Positions 23,006 through 37,057 of a DNA stretch of 64,000 nt are shown one piece after another; the stretch's first letter is position 1; the number at the start of each line of letters is the position of its first letter. A program made the position numbers and the translations under genes. The stretch is from positions 27,179,796 through 27,243,795 of the forward strand of contig NC_057725.1 in assembly GCF_004010195.1 (NCBI RefSeq), given 5' to 3'. This DNA is from Chiloscyllium plagiosum (Eukaryota). A model generated the notes under the pieces. The model had not been told where the DNA came from and did no database searches. It saw nothing but the letters and a program-made list of their open reading frames with translations.

Positions 23006-24189
23006 ACAACAGAAACATTTCCAATCAATAGACCTAGGGCCTTGCAGATTTCTTCTTATGTTATCCTTTTATGAACTGGAAGATCTGAAATCAGCACTAT
23101 AGTTCACTGCAAAACACAAATGTACCACACAACACTGAACTGCTATTCCCAGACAGACTGTGAATTAGTCATTATTGAGTTACTTGATTGCAGCAACTAA
23201 GCTGTTGAGCTTTGAGCCAGTTGTGACACATTGTTCATTTGGCGGAAGTTCAGGAAATTAGGAAGCAGACAGAAGCCCTGTGATTTGGGATGAGGTGGCT
23301 GTTCTTGCATATGTGACCATTGCAGTTTTCTATCTGCTACCCACCCCTGTATATTCCCATCATCCACCAATACTGATGGATTGCAACAAACGGAAATATC
23401 CTACTCAATGAAATGATCACTTTCCAATCTTGATGAGCTTACTACGTGATTGCTTGTTAGATATGCAGTTGATGCACTAATTTGAAACGTTTCCAATAAT
23501 GGCTTTCATCTTCTGAGAGAACAACCAAAACGAGAGCAATTCTCTTTAACAACTATGAAAATACTTAATGAAAGAAGGAAGAGTAGAGTTCAACAAAGAA
23601 GGACAGAGGGCTGAATCTAACTGCATTTTGCTGAAATGTAAGTTTTGAGGAGATTTATGGAGGGTTTCTCATTGTAAGGCCTAACAGCTATGCTTGTGCT
23701 ATCATTCCAAGCTCATCTCTTTAACTACTGACAGTGGAGGCCACAACACAGATCCTGCCAGTCTGGTCTAACATGCACTCAGGTTACTGCATTCTCAGGC
23801 ATTTGGAGAAATGTAGGAAGAAGGTCTAATAATTTCCTCCACTCCACCAGTAAATGTGTCCACCTTCTCTCATCTATTACATTTATTCTAGCTCTGTTTC
23901 TGTTTCCACTTCCAACCAAGTCATATCCTCTACCTCCCTCAATATCATGTGCAATATCTTCCCTCTTCCACTTTCCTACCAAACCCTCCCACCCCGATAC
24001 TATGAACCCTTCATAGCCTCTGCCCTACCTATTCACTTGCTTGAGGTGGATGACCACCCCTGCACCAGCTATGCCAGTTTCACTTCCATCAATCCCTCCC
24101 TTTCTTAAATCCAAGAGAAAATGGTCCATAATAGAGTAGGAAGTGTCAAGACAGATGGAGGGCGTGCCCAGCATTCAGTTCCTTGCCCA

Positions 24190-24490
24190 TAATGAGGAAA
24201 GGATCCTGGCCTTGAGCACTTTGAGAGACTACCTGAACATGCCAAATTTCCTGGACTGATTTTGGAAGTTGCTCTTATTATTCCAGGGCCCTCTGACTGA
24301 AGGATGTGTGCCTTGAATAAAGATTATTCCCCTTCAAAGTTGATGCATGACCATTTGCTTGAAGTACATGTGATGTGTCTGCGATGTCAGCTGTTGGCAC
24401 ATGATGTCGGTGTAACACTGACATAGCATGGTGTCATGCAGCAACATATGCGTCCCCTTGACTGATGACTACTGACAAACATGACCATCT
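24190..24490 (-). repeat. Unclassified dispersed repeat (homolog of 9480-9790)
   Basis: Same collinear blocks as 9480-9790, on the opposite strand. Confidence 0.7.
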
Positions 24491-24559
24491 GCCTGGCTTT
24501 GTCTCTGTAGCAAAACAGAAATATTGTGAGCCTGGAAATGGATTCTAAAAGCTTCCTTA

Positions 24560-25780
24560 GGTATGTCAATAAAAAGATTAACAATGACAGTTGTGCTGTC
24601 ACTACAGGAAGAGGCAGAAAAATTGATAATTGGGAATAGGGAAATGGCAAGGAAACTAATCACATGCGTTATTTCTTTGTAGAGGAAGATGCACTAAGCC
24701 CCTCTCAAATAGCAGAGAACTGAGGGACTAGTGAGAATGAGAAACTGAAATAAATTAGTATTAATAAAAAGGTATTGCTGGAGAAATGAATGAATTAGAT
24801 TGTTGGTAAATCTTCTGGGCACTAATGATCTACATCCCAAACAGTTGAAAGAGGTGGCTGTAGCAATAAAGAATGCATTGTTGACCACTTTCCAAATTTC
24901 TGGAATGGTCTTGTAAATTGGAAGTGTAACACTTCTTTTTAAGAAAGATGGGAAAGAGAAAACTGGTAACTACTAAACTGTTACCCTGACATCAGCAATA
25001 GGAAAAATATTCAAATATATCATAAAAGATGCAGTTAAGTGAACAAGTATCAAGTAATATTATAACTGGGGTAAAATCAGAATAGATTTGTGAGAGGGGA
25101 ATCATATTTGGAAAACCTATTAAGTGTATTTTTTGAGGTTGCAAATAGCAGAATAGATGAGGGAAACATTGGATATATTTAGATTTTCAAAAGGCTTTGA
25201 ATGAGTCTCACAAGATATTTGTAAACAAAGTTAGAGCACATGGAATTTGGTGTAACGTATTGGGAATTGGGAATCGATTAACAGATAGAAAATGGTGTCA
25301 GATTGTGAATATTGAGTACCGCAAGGATCAGTTCCTGTGCCCCAGCTTTTCACAATTTGTTACAATAATTTGGATATGGGGACCAAACATAATATTTCTA
25401 AGTTTGCTGTGACATATAAATAGGTGGGAATGTGAGTTGTCAAGAAGGTGCAAAGAGGTTTCAAGGATATTTAGATGGGCTAATTGAATAATCTCAAACA
25501 TGATAAAACATAATGTGGAAAACTGTGAAGTCATCCACTTTGGTAGGAAAAACAGAAATGATGAGAGATTCCTAAATGATGAGAGATTGAGGAGCGTTGA
25601 CACCCAAAGGGTCTTTGATGTCCTTGTTTAATAAATTATGGAAAGCTAATATGCAGATGCAGCAAACAATTAGGAAGGTAAATGTATGTCGGCCTTTAGT
25701 GTAAAAGGATTTGACTAAAGGAGTAAATAAACCACACTGTAATTTGTGTGGATGTTAGTGATATTGTAGCTGGATTGTTG
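24560..25780 (+). mobile_element. Heavily decayed CR1 ORF2 (RT) fragment
   Basis: LFKK..E..GNY, YLDFQKAF, VPQGS, SKFA, NVENCEVIHFGRKN motifs in broken frames. Confidence 0.8.
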
Positions 25781-26734
25781 TTTAGATCTCAATCTTGAAA
25801 GCTCTGCTTCATCCTTAATATCTGCAACTGTTTGCCACAGAGACTCCCAGATTTCCACTATTTTTAATGTGAAATAAATAGTTCACTCCTGAACAGTCTA
25901 GTCCCAATTTTAAGATTACATCTCCTTGTTCTCTGATTCCCCGCCAGGAAATATCATTTCTCCATATCTGCCCTTTTACATTCTTTGAATCTTTTACACA
26001 TCACAATCAGATCCCCCCCTCAATGTTTTAAACTGAAGGAAATACATGCCAAATTCATGAGACTCCTGGGTAAACTATTCAGTTTGACTGCATACCTCAT
26101 AGATAATGATCCATTGAAATTGGAAAAGCTTATAGGAATTGAGTAAATCTCTGTCGGCACACTGAATTCTGAACATCATTTGCACTGAAAGCATTTCACA
26201 CACTGTAAAGGGGAAGTGATAAGTTCTGTAAACCTCCTTCAATTTTGTTATTGCACAAGTGAAGATTAATGGGTTAATATTGTATTGACAGTGATTTCAT
26301 GGCTGGCAGTTTCCTGTCCAAGTTGATTCCTTATCTATAGTTAGGGTTTGCTTCCCTTACCACAACATCCTCCACTTCTCATGATTCCCAATTCAATGAT
26401 AGCATGCCTTAGCACTCCTCCTTCAACCCTATCTCAGAGACTTGAGCATTAAATCCAGGTAGACTTTCCAATGAAATCTTTTGAATGAGACTTTAAACTT
26501 AGGTCCCCATCTGCAGTCTCAGTTGGCATAAAAGGTACCATAATAGTGTATGAAGCTGAAAATAGGAGGTTCTTCTCCAGGAACTATAATATAGATGAAT
26601 GCAGAGCTTGGGGAAGAACACAAAATTATAATCTACAGCGATTGAGGGCTCTTGTGGTGCAATGTCAGAGACTCTACCTCTGAACATAGAATTATAAGAG
26701 CCAGGAGACAATGTACAAGTCACTTGTTAGATTT

Positions 26735-27258
26735 TAGATGTAATATTGTATGGAATTCACATTGAAGGAAAGATGTGAATGTATTGAAGCAAATGCAGAA
26801 GCAATTTGCAAGAATGGTTGCAGAAATGAGAAACTTCAGTAACGAGGATAGATTAAAGAAGTTGAAACTATTCTCCTTGGAGAGAAGAAGGTTGAGAGGA
26901 GATTTGATGGAGGTGATTAAAATCATGAGCAGCTGGACTGAGCAGACAGGGAGAAGCTTGCAAAAGTTAACAAAAAGAATGAGAGGCATAGATTTAAAGT
27001 AATGTGCAAACAAAGCAAGTGTGAAGTGAGGAAAAGCTTTATCACACAACACGTTGTTTGAGTGTGGAATGTGCTGCCTGGAATTGTGTTGGAGGCAGGC
27101 TCCGTTGAGTCATTCAAGAGCATTGGATGATTATTTGGCTAGAAATTGTGTGCAAGGATATGGGGAAAAGGCAGGCGACTGGTGCTACATAATAGAACCA
27201 GTGCAGGCACAATGAGCCAAGTGGACTCTGTCTGCACTGTAACTATCCTGTGATTCTG
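26735..27258 (+). mobile_element. CR1 3' fragment splitting a tRNA-derived SINE head
   Basis: ORF 26775-27002: DRLKKLKLFSLERRRLRGDLMEV. SINE head breaks at about 26686 and resumes at about 27259 (tgaatcaggaggcatgggttcaagtccca). Confidence 0.8.
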
Positions 27259-28639
27259 TGAATCAGGAGGCATGGGTTCAAGTCCCATTAGGTTCAAAAG
27301 ATAACCTTGACAATTTAAAGTGCAGCAGCTTCTGGTTTCCAATCCTCTAATGTAATGAATTGTGGAACGTGGCATCATTTGGCTGTTAACTGCATTGCCT
27401 AACCCAAGCCTCTGCCAGAATTGCCAGTTGCATAGTGAAGAGTTTCATGGTTTTTCGATTGGAGTGTGGGCATGTGCCAGATCCCACATGGATCATGCAA
27501 TTAGTGCATGAGAAGTACATCTGGAAATGACAAAAGATTGTTTGTTGCTTTACATTGCTGGCAGGAAATGGCTTGTGAGATTACATAGAAGCATTTGTTG
27601 TTTGTTCAAATATAAAAAAAATTGGAGTTAGATTTACTCTTGCTGAGAAGTGTTGTCAACTGAATACTTTATGTTCAAAATACAATTGACAAGCACCACA
27701 ATAGCTTAGCAAATAAGTATAATTCTTATTTAAAATCACTTCATGGCCACTCTCTTCTCTAATCTTCTACAGTCATATGACTCCACTGCATTTGCAGGCA
27801 AAATCTCTTCACACAAACAAAAGGTTTTGAGTGTTTGAAATTCACACTCACAGAAGTCTATAAATGGAAAATCAATGGAGGTATTTAAAAACAGAATGTA
27901 TGTTTAGAATGACACAACACATTCATTCAGCCCATCCTTCTGGTGCCTCACTTGTTGGTTGAGCTCACAATATTTACTGATGAAGCAAGGCTGGTAGAAA
28001 ACACATTAAAAGATTAAGTGATCTATTCCAATTTTCATAACTCTCACTTTTCAGTTGACCAGCTTTGAAGCATAAGTCTCCACTCTCTAGGAATCTCTCA
28101 CACATGGGCCAAGAATTTAGACCCGATTCCTTCAAGGGAATTAATTCCATGCAAGGAATTAGAAGAAATTGAATGTTTCTAGGGATGGAAGAGTTTTAGA
28201 TGTGTAAGTTATAATGTTGGGAGTTCACGTGGCGGGGATTAGTAGAATCATTCCTGAGTTTGTTTAAACCAATTATTTATCTTTCCTCACTTGTATTTGT
28301 ACTTGCTGCATTTAATCCCTAATATTTCTGATGTGGGTGTGCTGAATTTTGTAAAATAAGACCAATTTTCTTTTCGCTATGATTAGCGGTTGTGCATTTG
28401 GCTTCCTGGGCTCTAAGCTCTGGAATTTCCTTCCAACATCTCTTTCCTGATCTTTCATTTTCTTCCATTAGATACTGCCTAAAAACTACCTTTTGACCAA
28501 GCTCTTAGTCACCTGATAGAATATCTCCCTATGTGGGTCAGTGTCAAATTTTGTCTCATAATTGCTTCTATGAAGTACACTAAGTTGTTTTATAACTGGG
28601 AATATGATGGTGCAATCAAAATGTCACTACACTAGTAAA

Positions 28640-28912
28640 CTAGATACAGAAGCTTGATTACACACACCAACAGGTTCAAGAACAGTTTCTTCGCAGCCAT
28701 TATTAGACTGTCAAATGGACCTTCTAACTTCAAATAATGTTGATCTTAGTCATGTTGATCTTGCTTTGCACACTTCCTGTGCAGTTGCAGCATTGTATGC
28801 CTCATGATCTGTAAGTACCCTATGATCTTTTTTGCTATGATCTGCCTGTACTGCTTGCAAAACAAAGCTTGTCACTGTACGTGTGATCATACAGCGAATC
28901 AAATCAAATAAT
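28640..28912 (+). mobile_element. Rex1/Babar LINE 3' end
   Basis: RYRSLITHTNRFKNSFF.AIIRL motif followed by a UTR ending in aatca repeats. Confidence 0.75.
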
Positions 28913-29052
28913 CAACAAAAAACAGATGTCTAAGTTGATGCAATTATAGACCAGTGAGTCTTATGTCAGTGGCAGGAAAACTGTTGGAGAAATTTCTGAA
29001 AAAAAAAAAATAATCTTCATTTGGAGAGGTAAGGTTTGATCAGGGACAGTCA

Positions 29053-29080
29053 AACATTCACTCCCTCCACCCCCAATGCT

Positions 29081-29117
<37 letters not shown>

Positions 29118-29425
29118 GAATAACAGTGCACAGCATCTAAAGGATGCACTGCAGAATTTCACAAAGTCACTTAAGACAGTACCTTCCAAAGTCATGACAA
29201 TGACCATCCAGAAAAACATGGCAACATTGCAAGTTCCTTTCCAAGCTACTCAGCATCTTGACTTGGATGTATATCATCATTGCTTCATTGTTACTGGGTC
29301 AAAATTGTGGAGATTCTTCCCTAACAGCATTGAGGGTGTACCTATGCCAAATTAATTGTAGAGATTCAATAAACCAGCTCACCATGCCCATCCAGCGAAG
29401 CCCACATACTTTGAAGGAGTAAAAA
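29053..29425 (+). mobile_element. CR1/L2-group LINE 3' end containing a CAG tract
   Basis: Sense copy of the family at 19030 and 43545 (cattcactccctccacc..gatgcactgcag..ccttccaaa..TGSKLW..FPN). Confidence 0.7.
29081..29116. repeat. (CAG)12 microsatellite
   Basis: Twelve perfect CAG units. Confidence 0.97.
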
Positions 29426-29739
29426 GCCAGGTGCTGACATTGGAGATTTTATCAGTTGCTACTGTGCATCTTGTATGTAGGACACATTGCTGCCACTGGG
29501 CTTTGTTGCTCTGTGAGGGAATGTTTAAGGAAGTGGATGGTTTGCTCATCAGGTGGGCCGCTGTGCATTGGATGACACCTCATTGTTAGGTATGCACACT
29601 TCTACTTCTGGCATATCCTCTTGCACTCTTTCTCGAACCCGTGTTAATGCTCCGATTTGATGATGATGGCAGAGTGAGAGATATACAGAGGTTATTGATT
29701 GTAATTGGATATACTTTAAACACACTCAACAATGACAAT

Positions 29740-30060
29740 AATGTGTTTTTAATGCAGTATAGCATCTTTAATAAAGCAAAATAACCCAAGCCATTTCATA
29801 ATGCAAAATATGAAATGGACCCCCCCCCCCAAAACCTCTGTGAAAGATGTCGGATTTTTGAGCATCTGAAAGGAAGAGGAGCAGCTAGAGAGGCAAACTG
29901 ATTTGAGGCAGGAATTCTGGAGCTTAGGCTCTAATCACCTGAAATTAGCACTGCTTGAGGTGGAGTGACAAAATTCAGGGATGTGCAAAATACCAAATTT
30001 GTGTGAGTGCTGGAATCTCAGAGAGTAGTGTGTCTGGAGGAGGTTAAAAGATGAGGAGGA
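29740..30060 (-). mobile_element. Degenerate L2 3' fragment
   Basis: Similar to 815-1050 and 22050-22270; ggaattctggagcttagg. Confidence 0.45.
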
Positions 30061-31054
30061 GTAAGACCAAGGAGTAATTCTAAAAGAATGCTGCTTTACA
30101 GGATGCATTGCAGAGAATTTAGTTTCTGAGGAAATGACATTTATATGGTAGAAAGCTCTCACCAAGCAGTTCATGGCATGCAAAGCCAGAGTGAGTTTAC
30201 ACACGAACATCTTAGTCTGGCAGTGGTAACCTTTTTGTGAGGCTATGAAGAGACAGCTGGAAGCTGACAACACACTGGAATATAGCCACACAATGGACAC
30301 CACACATTTTACTGTAGTTATACTGGACCCTGATCAAGATTCAATCCTGCCTAGCTCTTATAGTTTTAAAGAGATGATTGTAGATTTATACAGATAATAA
30401 CAGAGCAAGTTAAGAACAGCTACAAAGAGAATGACTGAAAACAAAAGAAAAATAATATACATTTATGTATAAATGATCAGAATGAAAGAGCATCGTGTTT
30501 TTTTTCTGAAAAAGTAGATTTGTGAAAGTAGATTACGTAACTGTTCAAAGTGGCTGAGCTGCTTGAAAATTGTAAGTTCTGCCCCCAAATACAGTACTTA
30601 CCTATTTTTTACAGAAATGGAGAGAGGTACATGGTGTACTGTATGATATCCAAGGTGTTTACACATTACATCTGTAAGAGCAGTACTCAAACTTTTCATT
30701 AGTTTAAATAATTAGGGCACTTTTTTGGAGATGTCAGGTAGACCTTTGTATATAGCCCAGGACACATTCAACAGACAGTATGCAACTTTTGGTGGAGATA
30801 ATGTGTTATATGTGGAGATCAGGTACCCTTGGGGCATAAGATTTCATGGAGGATATGAGGGTAATGGACTTGGTGAAAGGGGTAGGGCATCAGGCATGAG
30901 GCATACAGTACTCTGAAAATCATTTTACTTCATGAGTTATCATGATTTAGCATAGATGGGTCATGGGGAGTGTATAAGAGCTGAATAGAGGGATGGTTCA
31001 CTTTGGTTTTCAATTCAAGATATCATTAATACAGCAGGGCAGACTTGTTATATA

Positions 31055-32720
31055 GTTGCGCTGTAGCAGGATCCTCAATGTCCTTATGGAGGGAATTGCA
31101 GGATTTTTATCCAGCAGCAGTGAAGGAACAGCGATATATTTTCTAGTCAGAATGGTAAGTGCATTGGAGGGGAACTTATAAGTGTGACACGCCGATGCAT
31201 CTGCTGCCTTTTCCTTCTGGATTGTAGTGATCGTGAGTTTGCAAGGTACAAATGCAAAAAACCTGTGGCAAATTTCTGCATTGCACCTTGTGGATAGATA
31301 CATTGCTGCTACTGAGCATCAATGGTAGAGTGACTGAATGTTTGTGGGCAAGGTGCCAATCAAGCAGGCTGCTTTGTCCTGGATGGTATCAAACGTTTTG
31401 AGTGATGTTGGAGATGCACTCATCCAGACAAGTGGAGATTACATTACAGTCCTCACTTATGCCTTGTAGACTTGTAGAATCAGGAAATGAGAAACTTGCT
31501 GCAGTTTTCCTGGCCTTCAAGCTGCTCTTATAGCCACTGTATTTATACAGCTAGTCCAGTTGAGTTTCTGGTCAATGGTAATCTACTAGATGTTGATAGT
31601 GGGGGTTTCAGTAATGGTAATGTCATTGAATGTCAATGGCTAGTGGGTTAGATTGTCTTTTATTGCCTGGAAGTTGTATAACATGAATATTTCTTGCCAT
31701 TTGTCAGCTCAAGTCTGGATACTGTGCAGGTCTATTGTGCGTTGGGACATGGATTGTTTCAGTGTCTGAGGAGTCACAAGTGGTGCCGAACACTGTACAA
31801 TCATTAGCAGGCATCCCCACTTCTGACGTTATAATGGAGGGAATGCCATTGATGAAGCAACTAAAGGTGGTTTGGGCAAGAACACTACCCTGTGAAACTC
31901 CTAAAAGTATGACCTGCAGCTGAGTAGATTGACCTCCAATAACCATAACCATTTTTCAATGTACCTAGTATGTCTCCAACCAGCAAAGCAATCTCCTCAA
32001 TTCCTATTGACTTCAGTTTGCTGGGGTTCCTTGAAGCCACACTATTTTAAATGCAGTCTTGATGTCATGGGCTGTCACTCTCACCTTACCTCTGGAATTT
32101 GGTTCTTTTGTCTATGTTTAAACCAAACCTGGTTGAAACTAGTAATGAGGTCAGGAGTTTTACTTAGATTAGATTAGATTACTTAGATTAGATTACTTAC
32201 AGTGTGGAAACAGGCTCTTCGGCCCAACAAGTCCACACCGCCCTGCCGAAGCGCAATCCACCCATACCCCTACATTTACCCCTTACCTAACACTACGGGC
32301 AATTTAGCATGGCCAATTCACCTGACCTGCACATCTTTGGACTGTGGGAGGAAACCGGAGCACCCGGAGGAAACCCACGCAGACACAGGGAGAATGTGCA
32401 AACTCCACACAGTCAGTCGCCTGAGGCGGGAATTGAACCCGGGTCTCTGGCGCTGTGAGTGGCCCTGTCAAAACCCAAAATGAACATCCGTGAACAGGTT
32501 GTTGTTGAATAGGCATTGCTTGATAGCTTTATTAATAAAACCTTCCGTTACTAGACTAGTGATCGAGAGTAGAATGACAGGGTGATATTTGGCCAGGCTG
32601 ATTTATGTCCTGGCTTTTGTAAGCAGGTCATTTCTGGGCATTTGCTGCATGGATGCCAATGTTATAACTGTACTGGAACAATTTGGCCGGGAGTGTGGCA
32701 AGTTCTGCAGCACAAGTCTT
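31055..32720 (-). mobile_element. Decayed CR1/L2-group LINE RT and 3' region, interrupted by a SINE
   Basis: ORF 31704-31952 GVSQGSVLAQTTFSCFING..VGMPANDC corresponds to decayed [19 protein letters not shown]. Confidence 0.85.
32163..32458 (-). mobile_element. HE1-like V-SINE, young, 5'-truncated
   Basis: B-box gggttcaattccc, V-domain ggtttcctccgggtgctccggtttcctcccacagtccaaaga, (tctaa)n tail; many CpGs retained. Confidence 0.9.
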
Positions 32721-32959
32721 CAGTCCCTTCTTCTGCATCTGACAAACTTGTTCCAGGATCACCAACCCACTGTCCTGGGAACCCTGTCACGCTTGAACTG
32801 CCCTAGATAGTTATAGTTGCTGAAGATCTCATCTGAGCTCCATGTCATTTCTTTAGGAGTTTGTCAGGTTGGTGCTCCAGGCCCAACTATCATTAGTTGC
32901 TTCATCAAATACATCAGTCTCCAGGAGACCTATTCTTGCATCAACTTTGCAGATCTAGG

Positions 32960-33450
32960 AGATATTCCAATTTTGTGTTATGGAGCTGGACTGAGACTCC
33001 AGACCTCCATGTTGTGCACCACATTTACAGTTAATATTTACAAGATTTATTATGTGTCAAACATACAATCTGAACAATTTTACTTAGTTTCCCAGCTCTT
33101 AGATGACTATGGCTGAAAGTTCTTCAAAGGTGGACTTTCCTTGTGGCATCTCTGCAGGTGCTTCCTCAAATACATCCTCCAGCAAATACTCTCGGACCTT
33201 GGCGTCATCAGTCTTCAACACTCACTCTTGAGCAACTCTTTTTACTGGAAGACCAGCAAGTTTTAGATTGACCAAACAATGTTTCTCACTGAGTTGATAG
33301 TCCTCAAGCTGAAGATAATGATTGTCCCAGTGTACGTCCCTGGGTCCAGTCCATAGTGCTTGAACCTGCATTACAGTTCTGCTTGGGATGAACCTTGCCA
33401 AAAACCCCAAAGTGCATGTTCTTGAGAAGGAAGTAACATGCAGCTGTTAT
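32960..33450 (-). mobile_element. Tx1/L1-clade LINE 3' fragment
   Basis: Minus strand FLARFIPS and TINSVRNIVWSI*NLLVFQ*KEL..EC resemble the Tx1 ORF2 C-terminus. Confidence 0.65.
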
Positions 33451-34167
33451 GCAGAGTGAGACGTTCAGCAAGAAGAGTCCACCGTGAATGGAAGCATCAA
33501 ATTGCAGCAGAAGCTGCAAACAGGAGGGTCAGATGTGAGAGGGAGGGTTAGGGAGTTTGAAATGTTGTGAATGAGAAGTTTGGAAGGGAGGGTGGAAAGC
33601 AGGTATTAGGAAGTAAGTAGTTTGCATACTTTTTATTTCAGATGCAGTTTATTTTAAAAGTTACTTTATTTTGCCAATAAATAAATTTAGCAATGTGAAC
33701 TATTTCAATTTGCAGGGTATAATGTTTCAATTTTCTTTCAGAAATCTTGACAACAGCTTTTTCAATAGGTTTGATGGGAATATCTGATTTTCTTAAACTT
33801 GTTTCACTTAAAGTTACACTAGAAATTTATCTGAGGACTTACCATCCAGAGGATGATCCCACAGAGTGGTTGTAAACTGAGTGCATGGTAAACACAGTGC
33901 AAAGGATAGAAATCTGGTGAACATGGGAATTTAGTGCATTGGGGAAAGGAAATGCTCCTTATTGCCTCTAAAACTTGTGCTGCTTTATGTAAACTTGAAG
34001 GAATAGTTTTTTTCTTGATGTTTTGCCTGAGTAGTGTCAGGGTAAAGGAAAAATTTCCACAAGCTATGAAATAATCTGAACTGAAATGACAATAGTAGTT
34101 TGTATGCCTGGACCTCTGCATGTGGAAGTTTGTGAGTAGTTAGACTGTTAACATTGAACATTTCTTC

Positions 34168-34275
34168 AGAACATAGAACATTACAGCACAGCACAGGCCC
34201 TTCGTCCCTTGATGTTGCGTCGACCTGTCATACCAATCTGAATCCCATCTAACCTACACTAGTCCATGTACGTCT
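34168..34275 (-). mobile_element. CR1 3' tail
   Basis: agaacatagaaca tandem tail and acaggcccttc..gatgttg; similar to 45557-45620. Confidence 0.7.
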
Positions 34276-34289
34276 CACTGTTATCAGTG

Positions 34290-34600
34290 AGAACCACTGC
34301 AGGAAATTTTCCATCTTGAATATCGTCATCTCAGCATCATTGAGCTGGAGTTTAAGATGGAGAGACTGATATATAAGTGTTGAGAACAGAGCAGTATATG
34401 AACAATTGCCCATGACCTTCCAGTTGTTTGCCATTTCAATAAATCAGCTTGCTCCCCTAGTTCCCTCCTGGGTCTGCTACAGTACTGCAATGAAGCACAA
34501 CACAAGCTGTAGGAACAACACCTTATTTTCCACTTAAGCACCCTATAGCCTCTAAGACTCAACATTGAGTTCAATGGCTTCTTAGCATGTTCTCTGTCCT
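34290..34600 (+). mobile_element. Old PLE GIY-YIG fragment
   Basis: NEAQHKL*EQHLIFHLSTL*PLRLNIEF at about 34489-34575. Confidence 0.7.
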
Positions 34601-34739
34601 CCATTTTGAATATAGACCTCCCCCTTCCCACCCTGCTGTAATTGTCTCTTGTTTATACCTTGCTGACTTTACTGTGAGCAGATCAAACCCAATTTTTTCC
34701 TTTTCCCACCTGCCATTTGCTGTCATTTAGTTTGCGATA

Positions 34740-36760
34740 AGCAGACATGCATTTCTCGTGAAAGTAGTGAATTTCTTAATTCTGTTCATGACAGTTTTAC
34801 AATATATCTCAGAATCAGCAAAGGAGCATGCCATATTAGATTTAGTAATGAGTAATGAGTCAGATCCAGTTGACAGCCAAACAATAAAATAGTGTTCATT
34901 TAATAACACTTATAACATGAATTCAACATTGTGTATGAAAGGAAAAAGCAGCTACTGCATGTTAAATTTAAAATGTTAACTTCAACAGGATGAAGCAGAT
35001 GCTATTTACAAAGAAAAGGGCAAATCTGTTAAGGGGCAAAATGACACAAGATCAGTGAGAGGTGTTAAAAATATGACACAGAACTAATTTTCACTCTAAA
35101 GGCCAAAAATACCAGCCACAAATAACTAACTGCAAGACACTACATAAAATTGAAAAGACAAAGCAAGCAAAAATGCAAGAACAAAACACAGATTCTGGCA
35201 AATAGGAGTGATGTAAAGAACAGTAAATGGTGACAAAATAGAGACAATGAGTTTTAAAGAAAAAAAGGAGAATGAACAGAAACGTCTGAGGAATATCAAA
35301 CCAGCACACCAGATTACTTACAGTTATGTCAAGACCAATGCAAACCAGTTGAAAACTGACAGCAGTGCTATTGTCAATGACAATAAGGAATTGGCAGACA
35401 TGCCGAATAATTACTGTGGCAGTATTTACAGCAGGAGAAGTTAGAATTGGATGAACCAATGAAGCTAATTTTAAGTCAGGGACAGGGGCTCACAAAATTT
35501 AACATGAGGAAAATATCAGTATGGAAGAAAATAATTGATCTAAAGGATGTTGAATTCCCAGGACCAAATAGTTTAGGTTCAGGATTTTAAAGAAGTAGAT
35601 GAGAACATTGCAAATGTTCAAGTATAATCTTTCAAGTTCTCTTCCATACCTTTTAATTGAAGAATTGAGCATGTTATTTAAGAAAAGTGTGAGAGGGAAA
35701 CCAAAGAATTATAGAGATGTTAACTTTAACATCTATTGATATGTAATTTCTACAGCCTTTACCTTATAACTGAACACATGAATATTTTCAACTAATCCAG
35801 GCAGTGCCATCATGGATTTCTAGAGGGCAGATCTTGCCTGAAAAATCAAACTGAATATTTTGATATGAAATAGGGTATTTTCTACTTATCCTTAAGAGAC
35901 ATGGGTACAAGACTTATCTAAAGGTAAAACTCATCAAAGTGAAAGTAAATTAACATCCTGGTTCTGAAGTCAGCTGAGTGGCAGGATACAGCAAATTTAG
36001 ATAATAAGCAACATGTGACTAGTTATGTCTCATTAGCATCTGTGGTGGATCTCAACTATTTACCACAAGTATCAATGATTTAAATGAAGGTTAAAAAGTC
36101 TCGTATCCAAGTTTGCTGATAAAACCTGGGAGAACTGAGAGCAGTGCGGCGGCACTATACTTTGGAACAGATCTATTGACCTTAGGGGTACAGTGCAGAT
36201 TTCAGAGAATGATATTTGGACTCCAAGTTGATCTGATTTGATTTATTATTATTGTCACATGTACTGAGATACAGTGAAAAGAATTGTTTGCATGCTACCC
36301 ACCCAAAGCCCTCAATTAGGAAAATACATTACACAAACCAGACTTGTCTTCCCTTGAATATAGAAGATTAAGGGGTGGTTTGATCAAAAATTTAAAGATG
36401 CCAATAGGATCTAACGGGATAGATGGGAAGCTATTTCCACACATTGGGAAGCATGGACTTCGGAATATAAAAACCAAAAACCAAAAATTCAAAGCAGGCG
36501 TTTCATGAATGAAATTAGGAAATACTTCTCCACACAAAGCTGAGTAGAAACTTGGAGCTGTTTCCTGCAAATGACAATTAATACTAGATAAGTTGTTAAT
36601 TTTAAAAGTGAGATTAATAGGTTTTGTTTCAACAGATGTATTAACAGATATGACAAAAAGAAATATGCGCAGTTAAACTTTAGATTAGAAATGATTGCAT
36701 TGAATGGTGAAGCAGGCCTCATGAGGCTAACAGACTTACAGAAGTTCCTATGTTTCAATG
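34740..36760 (+). mobile_element. Very decayed long CR1 ORF2 fragment
   Basis: AILDLVMSNE, HGFLEGRSCL, SKFAD, RRLRGGLI and CR1 3' UTR in the expected order. Confidence 0.7.
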
Positions 36761-36853
36761 TAGCTCTGAGGTATCTTCCTTTAATCTAACCGTTATTTTA
36801 AAAGTTACTATCAAATATGCTTCCACCAGTCTTTTAGGCAGCCCCTTCCAGAT

Positions 36854-37057
36854 GGGAGAAAGTGAGGACTGCAGATGCTGGAGATCAGAGCTGAAAAATG
36901 TGTTGCTGGAAAAGCGCAGCAGGTCAGGCAGCATCAAAGGAACAGGAGAATCGACGTTTCGGGCATAAGCCCTTCTTCAGGCTTATGCCCGAAACGTCGA
37001 TTCTCCTGTTCCTTTGATGCTGCCTGACCTGCTGCGCTTTTCCAGCAACACATTTTT
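36854..37057. mobile_element. PLE pLTR fold-back insertion, family A; perfect 82 bp hairpin
   Basis: Arms 36890-36971 and 36980-37061 are exact reverse complements around loop cttcttca; 15 bp TSD cagccccttccagat at 36839-36853 and 37058-37072. Confidence 0.95.

Noticed and set aside
28961-29149. Poly-Leu ORF resembling a signal peptide
   Set aside because: It is the reverse translation of the CAG microsatellite inside a LINE remnant.
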